From Monocercomonoides exilis PA203 (Eukaryota > Protista > Preaxostyla): a stretch of 64,000 bases of DNA. The notes under the pieces are model-generated. The model did no database searches and was not told the origin of the DNA. It saw nothing but the letters and a program-made list of their open reading frames with translations. Below, one piece after another: positions 1-10,329 of the stretch; position 1 is the stretch's first letter; the number at the start of each line of letters is the position of its first letter. The stretch is from the NCBI GenBank assembly GCA_001643675.2, contig LSRY02000022.1, positions 248,001 through 312,000 on the forward strand, in the 5' to 3' direction. The translations under genes and the position numbers were made by a program.

Positions 1-699
1 TCCAGAAGCATCAATAACGATGATATTGAGTGCAGATCCTGGCAAGACGGCAGTTCAAGCCTCATTTCTTCTTCCTCACTTTCTCTCCCTGCATCTCTTT
101 CATCCCTTCTTCTATGGTTTCCATGAATCATCACAGAAGGAAGTGGTGCATGTGGTGTGCTCATCTGCACCTGGAAAATGAATAGTTCTGGAGGCAGAAG
201 GCCAAGAAGTGTTTGTTGAAAATTTTATTGTTTTCTATTTTTGGAGAAAAGAAGGAAGTGAAATTGTATCTTCGTTGGCAGGGCAGAGGAAGCGAATTTG
301 CGCGATGAGAGCGGCTTGAATAGCTGAGATGTCACTCAGAAGATGAGATAGTGAAATTGCATATTCTGAAATGAGTCAAAAAAATACATTGATGAGAAAG
401 AAGAAGAAGAAGAAGAAAAGATAAAACAACAAATATTTAAGTTATTTCATGAAAGTGCAAAATTACAAATTAGAAAAAAAAATATATTCCGACCCTTCAG
501 TACAAATATATAAAAAAAATTACGAAAATCATTCAAAACAACTCCAAAAAAATGCTTATATAACCAGTCATACATATTTCACATTTCTGTTCATCTGCCT
601 TTGCCATTTCTCCTCTTAAATCCAGCCATTATGAGAATTATGTGGAAACCGAAAAGTCAATCATGTTTTCAGAAAACTTTTGAAGATGTTTGTTCTTGA

Positions 700-2060
700 T
701 GACCTTAAATTTGAAGCATCAACAGAAGAAAAAGGAGAAGAAGAAGACATTGGATATGCCTGAGAAGTTTTACTGTTCGGGGAGCTCACAAACTGTGGCA
801 GCTTATCGTTCTGAACTAACCCTTTGCTCTACTCGTTCTCCTTCTTCAAAATCCACTTTTTCTCTTCTATGCGTCTCCTTAACTCCGATTTCCAATTCTT
901 CTTCGCAGTCTTCTTTTCGCCTGTTTTTTCTCCTTCATTCAGCTTCCTCAGCTCCGCATGAAGTTTTTCCTTTTCTTTTTCTGTCTGCTCTTTCCTGAAC
1001 CTCTTCAACTTCCTTGTCACTTTTAATAACTCTCCAGTCTTCTTTGCCCTCTCCTGTTCCACAAATTTTATAGAATAGTATCAGGTACTGCTTCATAACG
1101 GACACAAGCTCGTCCACGTGGGAGATTATCTCTTGAAAGTTGACAAGTTGAATTTTGTTGAACAAACTGGTTTTTTCACTTTTAAGGAAAGAGGTTGCCT
1201 TGGCTGCTCATGGATGATATTGAAAATTGAAAAAGTGGATGGAAGCGAGGTTGGATATGAAACAGGGTTCACTTATATGTCTTGTGGGCTGCTTTCACCG
1301 TTTGTGACTTCTGAGACACATCTGCAAAAGGATGAGCTGTGATAATAATTTTTGAAGTGTTTGGCTTTTCTGCGTTCTTTGCTTTCTCCTCCTCCTCTCT
1401 CTGCATAATCTCTCGTTTGTGCTCCTCAATCATCATTCTCCTCTTTTCTTAGTTGTTCCATACCAGCTTTTTCATTTGCTCCTCAAAACGCTATTCCTCT
1501 TAGAATATCATCGTTAGCGATAGCATTGACAACAAGTGAGTCAAATGCAACGTAAGTTTCATTTTGGAAAGTGCAAAAATATAGTGCATAAACATAGGTT
1601 TACACATATAATGCTTCAGGTTCGTATCAATCTCCTTCTTCTCATGCATCTGCTGCTTTTCGGTCTTCAGCTTCTCCTCTCCATCATCCCCCGACAGCCA
1701 CAGTTAGAAAACAAGTTTCTTTTTTTTCACTTCTTGTTATGTTTGCTTCCACGAAGCCACTTCGATTGCCTTGTCGTCTTCTCTCCTTCAGCCTTCTTTC
1801 CATTCGCTTTGTACCGATTGCAGTGCCATCATCTCATTCGCTGCCTCGTGGTGTTGTAGCTCGATTTCTGAGTTCTTCTTCTTTTCTCTTTCTCTTCCTT
1901 TCTCATTCATTATTTCTCCTGAGTAATTTCTCAAATCGTATTGCACTCATCTCACGTTGTCGATCTCTGTGAATGTCTTTCCTAACAATCTGACAGAGAA
2001 AATTTGAAAATCTTGACGAAAAAGGATTGACGCCTGCACCGTTATCGTATCACTGATGCT
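700..2060 (-). pseudogene. Decayed K/E/R-rich (coiled-coil-like) coding remnant
   Basis: Minus strand is purine-rich with short broken ORFs (829..1062, 935..1165) encoding charged helical peptides. No continuous frame or recognisable domain. Boundaries approximate. Confidence 0.3.
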
Positions 2061-2112
2061 GTAACATAAGATTATTTTCTCCTTTGGAATAAATAAAAGT
2101 GGGAAAATAAAA

Positions 2113-2250
2113 GGAGGAGGAGAAGAGGAGGAGGAGGAGAGGAGGAGGAGGAGAGGAGGAGGAGGAGAGGAGGAGGAGAAGAGGAGGAGGAGAAGAGGAG
2201 GAGGAGAAGAGGAGGAGGAGAAGAGGAAGGAGAAGGAGGAGAAGAAGAAG
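2113..2250. repeat. Imperfect (GAG)n/GGA polypurine microsatellite
   Basis: About 140 nt consisting only of G and A, e.g. gaggaggaggaggagaggaggagg. Confidence 0.9.
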
Positions 2251-3389
2251 AAACCAGATTATTTGAGAATACATCTAAAGTTAGATCAGATGGAGTGGAA
2301 GAAGACACAAAATTTCATTATTGAAGTTGTTATTGGTGAACTTCACAAAGAAGTTGAACACTATCACTCACAATACGGGAACAAAGTTACTTTCCTTGAA
2401 AATATTAACATATAAATAACATTTATTCTTATCATCAAAATAAGTTATTCAGATCACATATATACAAAGAAGGAAAAAGAAAGAAAAATCTTTTTATGAA
2501 TATTTGTGTAAATGCGCTCAAACAAAAAAACGAAAGAAGGATGAATAAAGCTTAATCAGCTTCACCATTAATCGAAGCAATATGATGCAAACAACAAACT
2601 CCGTTATAAGATTCCCGCAGATTTTTCTGTGATTTGAACATAATATTCAAAATCCATGTTTTCAATTGGATGCTCATCTTTGGACTTTCCTTTGCTCTCT
2701 GAATTTTGTTCTTTTTTTCGGATTCTTTTTTCTCAGTTCCTTTCTTCGTTCATTTTCACTTCTTTCCTTATTAACAAACTATTTATCTCTGCATTCAAAA
2801 TCTTCATTGCAACAAAAAGTGAATACCAAAAAATATTTTGGTCTATATTGAAGTGTAATTCATCATTTTGGTAATATTTATGAATCTTTGTCAGCGTTTT
2901 TTCGCGCTTCAAAAACGCTTCGCAGGCATTTCAATTTTCTGAAAAGAAAGTGTTACAGCAAATTGTTCAAAAGCAACAGTTGCATTTATAAAACATTCAC
3001 AATTGATCGTTAAATAGCTTATTTCATTGTTGCAATGAAAACAAACATTATGAATTTGCTTTTTGATCAATGTCAATAGATAAATCATTGAAAGATTTGC
3101 TTTTCAATTTCAGTTAATACAAATATTATTGTTAATTCATAGCTAAATCAACGAAAGTTCTTGTTTTTTTTCAACGCACTTTAAATTACTAATCCAATCT
3201 GCTCTGAAAATGTGTAGAAAACTTGTGAATTATAATTCAATATTAACATAATACATTTCTTGATCATTTCACTGAACAAAAGTTAATTGAAAAATGAATA
3301 TTTTATATAAAAATCAATGTGATTCTTTATAATAAAACATCAAATGCCGACATTTGAAAAACAGAAAAAATAAAACTAATGAAAAAAAA

Positions 3390-3636
3390 GAATTTCAATA
3401 TTGAAACGAATTTATTAAATGATTGTCTGCCCTGGGAGGCTGATTCTGGACCCAAAGCCTTCAAGGGACTGTGCTGGACCGGTCACAGTACAGTCCCAGG
3501 ACGGAATCAGCCTAGCCCCATTTGTTTTGCTCTTGAGCGAAAACTGGGGTACCAGAAAGCATTTGTTTGAAGCAAATACTTAATGGCTTGAGCAGCAGAC
3601 AAATCAAAAAACGTCGTTCGTTTCAATATAAAATTC
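3390..3636. other. GC-rich multi-hairpin/palindromic element immediately 3' of the transposase gene (candidate transposon end or structured RNA)
   Basis: Outer arms: ATATTGAAACGAA..TGATTGTCTGC (~3399-3430) pairs with GCAGACAAATCA..TTCGTTTCAATAT (~3595-3629). Inner stem AGGCTGATTCTG/CGGAATCAGCCT (3437-3513) encloses the palindrome GGGACTGTGCTGGACCGGTCACAGTACAGTCCC. Further hairpins: CCCCA..TGGGG (3516-3549) and AGCATTTGTT/AGCAAATACT (3558-3580). Confidence 0.8.
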
Positions 3637-3673
3637 AACAAAAACAAAATAACTCATCAATAAGACCAGAACT

Positions 3674-5257
3674 TTAAAAACAAATTGTATCCAATTTTTT
3701 CCTATCATTTAAAAGTTTTCTTGTAGCATTCCCTATTTCAAACATTTCTGTTTTGCGAGAATATTTTTTTGAGGATTTTATTATCCTTTCATCTCTTATG
3801 CTTTTTTCAAGGAAGTACATTAACTCTTTTCCTCGGGAATCTTGTGGTGAACACACAAATCTGAAAATTTGATTACCTCGTTTCTCATAGAACAAATACG
3901 TCTTTATGGATTTCGCTTCAATTTTCCTCCATCTTATTTTATTTCCAGAAGAGTGTCTGAGTAAATAAAGAAATGAAGAAAATGAAAACAAAATTTTCTT
4001 AAATGAATCACACTTGACAAAATATCGCGTTGTCTTTTGATAATTATCCAAGTTGTTTTGGTGGGAATCATATAAGTCATCTGTATTGTCTTTTAGAAAT
4101 TTTATAAGTTCATCAATATTATTAAGTGAAGGTCCATTGGGCAAGTTATTTTTCACACAGTTTGTCAGATTCCCGAATTCTCCGTCGCATTCACTTTTTC
4201 CATGTTTTTCACAAAAAAAGGAAAGAGTTGTTCGTTTGCCTTTGACGGGAGAAGAGTTGTCAGAAAGGAGAAAATGCATAAGCTGGGAATTCCGAAAGTG
4301 TGGCCCTGTATCACATACAAAATGAAGAGTTTGCTTGTCTTTAACGATTTTATCTTCCAAAACTTGCTTCAGACATTCAATGGTGAAACGGTAGTCGTGA
4401 GATAGAGCGTTTGAGAAGAAGTTAAAAATGTGCTTTTCTTTGTCTCCTTTCTTGTTAACAATGAAAACAATTGCACAAAAATGTGTGATTTCCTCTTTTT
4501 CGTAATAATCTCGGCTTATTTGATTTTTGCAAATAGGAAGCGTCCAATTCTCTTTAAAGTCGAACAAAACCAACGCTTCCGAAAATGCAATGTTCTTTTT
4601 GATTTGATAAAAGTGCTGACGTTGATTTGACGCCAGAAAACGATGCTTTTCAATTAGTCTTATTGTTTGTTGCTCTTGATTATTCAATGTTTGTGATTTT
4701 GTTTTAAGATATTCTTCTTTTTTCTTCAGATGATTGAACATTTCACATAAGTTACACAAGTCAGTTCGCCTGGAAGCCCTTTTGAGGTGTTTTGTCTTTT
4801 TGTAGAAAGAACTTTTTGACATTTTAATATTCGTGGTTTCCATTAACTTTCTGAATAGCTGCGCTTTTGTTGAATTGATGATACGAACTTTTTGTTTTTT
4901 AATATGTGAATAAGAATTGTTTGGAGAACCATGAAAGAATGGATTATTGACGCTTGCATTTTGTGAATCTTGATGTCGATAATTGTGAAGTGTTGAAAAG
5001 CATTGATTAGGATTTGTTGATCTGTTTTTTGTTTCACTCAAATGGCTGGATGAAATCATTTCTGGAAATAGAGATTGTTTTCCATTTGGTTTTGTAGATG
5101 CGGTTGAATTATGAGTGAGATGATTATTAATTGAAGTATTATTAGTTTCACAGTCTTTTGAGTTCGTTTGATAATTGCATTCAGAAGATAATTCGTTTGA
5201 AAAATGAAGAAATGAAGTGTCTATTTCAGATGTGATGGAACATCCGGAAGGTCGATT
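3674..5257 (-). CDS. DDD transposase catalytic region, Sola-like (probable in-frame intron 4013..3957)
   Basis: Motifs MSKSSFYK..TDLCNLCE..H (Zn-binding-like), LFDFKENW (D at 4561-4559), FVCDTGPHFRN (D at 4312-4310), HGKSECDGEFG (D at 4186-4184). The frame is open from 5257, 66 codons upstream of the ATG at 5059. A 57-nt GTGTGA..CTCAG intron removes a hydrophobic, U-rich-encoded stretch without changing frame. Confidence 0.8.
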   Translation of the reverse strand, partial: NRPSGCSITSEIDTSFLHFSNELSSECNYQTNSKDCETNNTSINNHLTHNSTASTKPNGKQSLFPEMISSSHLSETKNRSTNPNQCFSTLHNYRHQDSQNASVNNPFFHGSPNNSYSHIKKQKVRIINSTKAQLFRKLMETTNIKMSKSSFYKKTKHLKRASRRTDLCNLCEMFNHLKKKEEYLKTKSQTLNNQEQQTIRLIEKHRFLASNQRQHFYQIKKNIAFSEALVLFDFKENWTLPICKNQISRDYYEKEEITHFCAIVFIVNKKGDKEKHIFNFFSNALSHDYRFTIECLKQVLEDKIVKDKQTLHFVCDTGPHFRNSQLMHFLLSDNSSPVKGKRTTLSFFCEKHGKSECDGEFGNLTNCVKNNLPNGPSLNNIDELIKFLKDNTDDLYDSHQNNLDNYQKTTRYFVKCDSFKKILFSFSSFLYLLRHSSGNKIRWRKIEAKSIKTYLFYEKRGNQIFRFVCSPQDSRGKELMYFLEKSIRDERIIKSSKKYSRKTEMFEIGNATRKLLNDRKKLDTICF

Positions 5258-6973
5258 TTATAAATCAAATAAGGTCGATTCTTTGTGGTGATTTTCTGAT
5301 GAAGAATGAACCTTAGTAATTTCATCATCATATATTATTGAAGGTGAAGTGGAATGATGTGGATTAGTCGTATTAGGATGAAGTGAATAAGAAGGATCTT
5401 GTAATAAACCATCACAATTAATGCAAACCGAACGAACATTTGTTTTCCTCTGATTCATTGATGAAATATTATTCGAAAAAGAACTTCCTTGATGAGATAG
5501 TCCCAATTGAAACAAATTTGGTGAAGCAATATCGGAAACAGGAATGCATCCACCATTCTCCTGAGAGTAAACAATCATAAACGGAATTGAACCTTTGTTT
5601 ATGTGAGAGTTTGTTTCTGTTGTAATTTCATTATTAATGAAGGATATTTCTCCGTCGTTACAAATATACCAACAATCTTTGTAAGATGCACATTTTGGCG
5701 ATGGGCATCTGCTTCTACACATTGAATAAAAATGTCCACAATCTTTCGATCCTCGATAAAACAGGACTGCTATCAATCGATAATTGTGCATATTTTCTGA
5801 ATGGAAAGGAAAAGCCTTTATTGTTTCTTCATTCTTTAAAAATGAAATTTGTAATGGAATGTTGTATATTTTCTTTTGATCAAATTTATCAGATTCAAGA
5901 GTGATTGTTAAAATATGAGGGAATTGAAGGATATTCATTATTGAATATTGATCTGTATTTTTCTGACATCTGAGACAAAAGGCCTCTCCGTTGTTTGTAT
6001 TTGTTTGACATGATGAGAATGATTCATTAAATTCCGAAATGACATCTGAACCGTGAAGTCGAATTAATGGAGTTGATTCACAAATTCCATACTCATATGA
6101 TCCACATTCACAACATTTTCTTGGAAATGATTGGTTCGTTCTCATTTGGTTTGCTAATGCTGGTGTTATTGATATGAGATCTTGGTACATATTAAAAAAT
6201 GTTTCATAACATTCTTGTTGTTCACCCTTTTTCAGTCCATGCCTTTTTTCCCAACATCTCACAAAAGGCAAGGACCAAGATTGTGGGACATTATCATTGT
6301 TTATGTTAACTGAAAAATCCAAAGGTTGGACAATGTCCAGCAAACGATGCAAATAGTGTGAAATCTTCCCTTTTCGTGTACAAAATCGTTCTGAGTGCAA
6401 ATAAATAGAACGGAACACTTGTAGCATTGCAGCGAGATAACAAGTGTTTCCCATGTTTGGTAACGGATAATAATTCTTGTTTTCTCTCTGTGTTCCAGTT
6501 TGTGCAGCGTGCTGATTATTCTTTGAACAGCATTCGATGATTGAGCTGCAAGAAGAAATAGAGCCTTGACTATTCTTTATTGTATTTTCATTGGTTTCGT
6601 TGGAATAATGCAGTTCTTCATTTTTTTCAATCTCCATATTTTCTCCATTATTGCTTTGCGTTGCTAATTCTGATAAATCCAAATTTATTTCCGGTTCGAA
6701 ACAGCTTTCTTCATCCATTTCACATTGAACGTCCAAAAGTGAAATTTCATCATCTATCTCCATGTGAATGAATTCATTGTTTTTTGAATTGTTTGATTCT
6801 TCTGCTGTCTGCAAATATTCGCTTCTTGTGTTGTTCTCTGTGAAATAATGATAAAGAGGATCTTCATCTTCTTCCATTTCTTCGCTGCAGTTTATGATTT
6901 TGAAATCATCATCTATTTCCATTGAAGATTCTGAAAGTGATAATTCTTCAACACTTTTAATTAAAGAACTCAA
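5258..6973 (-). CDS. Ubiquitin-specific protease (peptidase C19/USP) domain with acidic N-terminal linker
   Basis: Cys box LPNMGNTCYLAAMLQ (Cys 6442-6440), QQECYE (QQD box), CxxC pairs CCECG and CLRC, His box YRGSKDCGHFYS (His 5734-5732), and WYICNDGEI. Confidence 0.9.
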   Translation of the reverse strand: MSSLIKSVEELSLSESSMEIDDDFKIINCSEEMEEDEDPLYHYFTENNTRSEYLQTAEESNNSKNNEFIHMEIDDEISLLDVQCEMDEESCFEPEINLDLSELATQSNNGENMEIEKNEELHYSNETNENTIKNSQGSISSCSSIIECCSKNNQHAAQTGTQRENKNYYPLPNMGNTCYLAAMLQVFRSIYLHSERFCTRKGKISHYLHRLLDIVQPLDFSVNINNDNVPQSWSLPFVRCWEKRHGLKKGEQQECYETFFNMYQDLISITPALANQMRTNQSFPRKCCECGSYEYGICESTPLIRLHGSDVISEFNESFSSCQTNTNNGEAFCLRCQKNTDQYSIMNILQFPHILTITLESDKFDQKKIYNIPLQISFLKNEETIKAFPFHSENMHNYRLIAVLFYRGSKDCGHFYSMCRSRCPSPKCASYKDCWYICNDGEISFINNEITTETNSHINKGSIPFMIVYSQENGGCIPVSDIASPNLFQLGLSHQGSSFSNNISSMNQRKTNVRSVCINCDGLLQDPSYSLHPNTTNPHHSTSPSIIYDDEITKVHSSSENHHKESTLFDL

Positions 6974-7010
6974 TAAGAAGACAAACTGTTATTCTGTTGT
7001 GACAACTTAC

Positions 7011-7646
7011 AAATGCATTTCGATGATTCGGTTGAATTTTCATTTATGAAATCAGTGAAAACTTTTTCATCTTCTGGGCTCATCTCTATAAAAATGTTAA
7101 TATATGACAAAGAACAAATTAAAGATGAACAGTTACACATTTTTTTCAATAAAGAATTAGATCAAACTTCGTTTTGATGGGGGAAGAGCAGCTTTTTTTG
7201 GAGTTCGAAAATCAAACGATGTGTACGAGCTATTATCCTTTGCGTGATAATAGCTTCCATGAGAACATTCAAAACCCAAATCGATCAATTGCGAGAGGGC
7301 ATATTCCTGGCAAACACATTTTAAAAGCGTCACTTTTGTATGTGGATTTTCTTCTCGATTATACGCAGACGCTAATCGCAAAATTACATATCGATTTCGA
7401 TCTTCAGTAATCAAAAGTTTAAAAGAGTTTGATTAATATAAATACAAAGACGAAAAATAAAAACAAACCGTTAAATATATTTTCAATCTGGGGAAATATT
7501 TTTTTACCCGTATTTGTATGGAAAAACATGTACTTCAGCAATTCCACACAATCATTTGCAGATTTGTTTGATAGATACTCCCAAACATCTCTGCATTTTT
7601 CGCTTTTCCTCGAGTTTGATAAAAGAGAAAACTTGATTCGTTCCAT
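7011..7646 (-). CDS. Spliced N-terminal exons of the transposase gene (7646-7469, 7401-7168, 7085-7011)
   Basis: Introns 7468..7402 (GTTTGT..GAAG, 67 nt) and 7167..7086 (GTTTGA..TATAG, 82 nt) both keep the reading phase. They join ORFs 7419..7646 and 7157..7414 to the peptide KMSPEDEKVFTDFINENSTESSKCI, which is followed by a GTAAGT donor at 7010. Confidence 0.6.
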
Positions 7647-10329
7647 GATTCAACAAAAAATAGTTTATTCTTTGTGATAACAAAGTTCCACAAATGGGAT
7701 GATCTGCGAAATCTTTTATTGTTGATAATTTTAACTTTTTAAAACTAACATCAATGCGTAGAAAATGAATATAGAGCACATGCATTTTTTGAATTGATGG
7801 ATATTGAACACTTTTCAAATTTCAAGTATATGATTTTATTTAACGTTTTCACTGAGAATCTTCTTAATTATTAGTTTATCCTGACAAATATTCGTTGAAC
7901 GAAAGGGGGAAAAAATATGTTTCTGCAGAACGGAAGGTTGCACCGATACAACTTTTGAATGAAACCAGGTTTGGTTGCTTAAAACGATTTTTATTCAAAG
8001 CAATACAAATTTTCACAAATTCTCCTTTTTATTCCGTTTTGTGTCATTTTAATTCAGCAAAAGTGAATTGCAGAGATTCCAATTTAAAAAGCAACAATTA
8101 TGGAAAAAAATATTGGCTTTTGAAAAAGTTGTGCTTTTATTTAATGATGTTCGACAAATAAATCACATGAATGTATTTGCTCAATCAATTGCAGAAAACA
8201 CATCCAATGTTTTCTTATCAATCCACAGTTTTCCGGTACATTCAAATTCATTTATTTGCTTATTTATGATTTTCTCTCCTTTGAATAAGTGTTTATTTTT
8301 AAGGCATCTGAAACCAGAAATCCTTTAAGTTGAAATTTTCATTAGGCTTAAGAGAGAATATTCGAAAAACCATACAGCACAAACAAATTTATATTTCAAG
8401 AAGTCCACTCAGTGAGATCAATGCTGAATGAGAGATCACTAAACAAATAAGAATGAATATTTGAGGAAGCAACGTGACTAGAAGCAGTTATGCAGATGAT
8501 AAAAAGCAAGAGATATCAGAACTTGATGAACGACATAATCTGACTCCAACGAGTGCAGCTGAAGCAGTAAGGGAAGAACAATGAGGAAGGAAGAGAAAGA
8601 GATAATTGCAACGAGGGAAAAGAGAAAGAAGAGAAAAAAAAGGAAATAAAAGAATTGAAGTTATATACCGAGATGAAAAGTCGAACAATGTTGCTGAACA
8701 TATATCGGAATATGGAAGAATTGAAAGTTTTGTCGAGTATTCACAAGAATAATATGAAAAAGTTTTGATACTGTCTATTTATCTGTTTTTGAAATGCTTT
8801 TAAGGGAAAGTTGAAGAAGATGTGATAGTAGAAGAAAATAAAGAAAAAATAAAGAAAAATAGGAAGAAAAAGAAGCGATTAAACCGATAAATGAAACAGC
8901 AACGCATAAAAAAGTTCGTTCAAATGAAAGTGGTGAACAGCAAAGCCAATGAGAATGATCGAGAAGATCTGGATACATCGCAATCCATCAATTTCTTGAT
9001 CTGATTATAACATCGACTTTTTCTATTTTAAAACATATGCTTCTATTAATGAAACTTTGGATTCATTCCTGTCGAATTTTTGGTAGTTTTCGCATAAAAC
9101 AAGCGAAAATACAAGTTATTCTCATTCATCATCATCGTCAACAATTGGCTCATTGCCTTATCATTACTCTTCGCCAAGCAACATGAATGCACGAAATTCT
9201 TCATTCACTTCTTTTTCTCCTTCTCCTTCTCCTCCTTCATCATCATCATCATCTTCTTCTTCTTATCAGCATTCTTCATCAACCATTTCACTCAACTCAC
9301 ATTTTCCTTCATCAAAATTCATTTTTCTTTCACAATTATCGAAAAAATACTTTTATCTCCTATCATATTGCAACCTCATCTTCAAACAAACTTGTTTCTT
9401 CCTAAGCCAATATTGCTCAATTGCAGAGCTTCAGCAGATAATTTTTTCACAACTCTTCCACAATCACGCTACTCTTTCATCTTCCATTCGACTATCATTT
9501 ATTTCCGAGCTTCAGCTTCCTTTCAACTTTCAATCAACAGTCTATCTGTATCAAAATAATCATTCTTTAATGGCTGCACCAACTTCAAATTATTTATTCA
9601 ACCTCAAAGGGTTCTGTGAAGCATTGTGTTTACAGTTGGAATTGCTCTCAATTTGTGATTAGAGTTTTGTTGCAAGAATTTGGTTTATTCTTGTTTACTG
9701 ATTTTTTTATTGTTCTTTTCAAACTTATTGAATATATGGACATGTTAAATATTAAAAGTCACAAAAAAATAAGCTTCAATGTTGATTCATGATCTTTTGG
9801 ATGCATTTTTAAAAAATACAAAAATAACAAATAAACAATTGAAAAGAGATATTCACAAAAGTCACAAATTACAAATATGAACGATCAATAAAACAAATGA
9901 AATGGCATATGCATGAGTTGTCAATTTTATTGTTTATCCTGTACACTTCTCGAAAGAACTGAAGAAATCTGATATACACTTGCAAACTTTATTGATGTTT
10001 ACACAGTCAAATACAAACATTCTGTTATATCTTCTTTTATTTTGCAATCAATATAAACGGAATTTTTTGAATATTAACTATTCAAAGTTCGACGTCACAC
10101 AATCTGTAATGAAATTTCAAATAAAAAAAGGAAAGGAAAGGAAAACACTTCGAAGGATCATCATTTTGAGGTGAATGACTTCATCAACTGTTTTAACTTT
10201 CTGATGCGAAAATTGAAGAAGTCAAAGTGAAGCTTGTTGGACAACTTTAAAAAAATAATCTCACATCTCTCACACATTTTAATTTCAGGAAAACAGCACA
10301 GCATTATTCTTGTCATCCTATTATTTTTT

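Larger units (their letters stand above)
3390..7646 (-). mobile_element. Sola-like (DDD) DNA transposon carrying a USP deubiquitinase domain; ends not defined
   Basis: Multi-exon transposase with a DDD core and an embedded C19 peptidase. No matching terminal inverted repeat or TSD found by eye on the 7.7-8.4 kb side. Confidence 0.65.

Noticed and set aside
3421-3605. Assignment of the structured element as RNase P/MRP, SRP or hammerhead RNA
   Set aside because: Only partial resemblances (AAGCC/GGCTT). The canonical conserved boxes were not found, so it is left unassigned pending an Rfam search.
5258-5260. Alternative genetic code (TAA read as Gln, as in some oxymonads)
   Set aside because: Long genes in the window have no internal TAA/TAG, and several end on TAA right after sensible C-termini (34775, 57451, 62391).
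7820-8450. Second terminal inverted repeat for the Sola-like element
   Set aside because: No convincing reverse-complement match to 3390-3670 and no TSD found by eye. The element ends remain undefined.
9100-9700. S-rich ORF 9153..9662 resembling the N-terminal linker of the giant surface proteins
   Set aside because: Similarity is limited to low-complexity sequence and cannot support homology.
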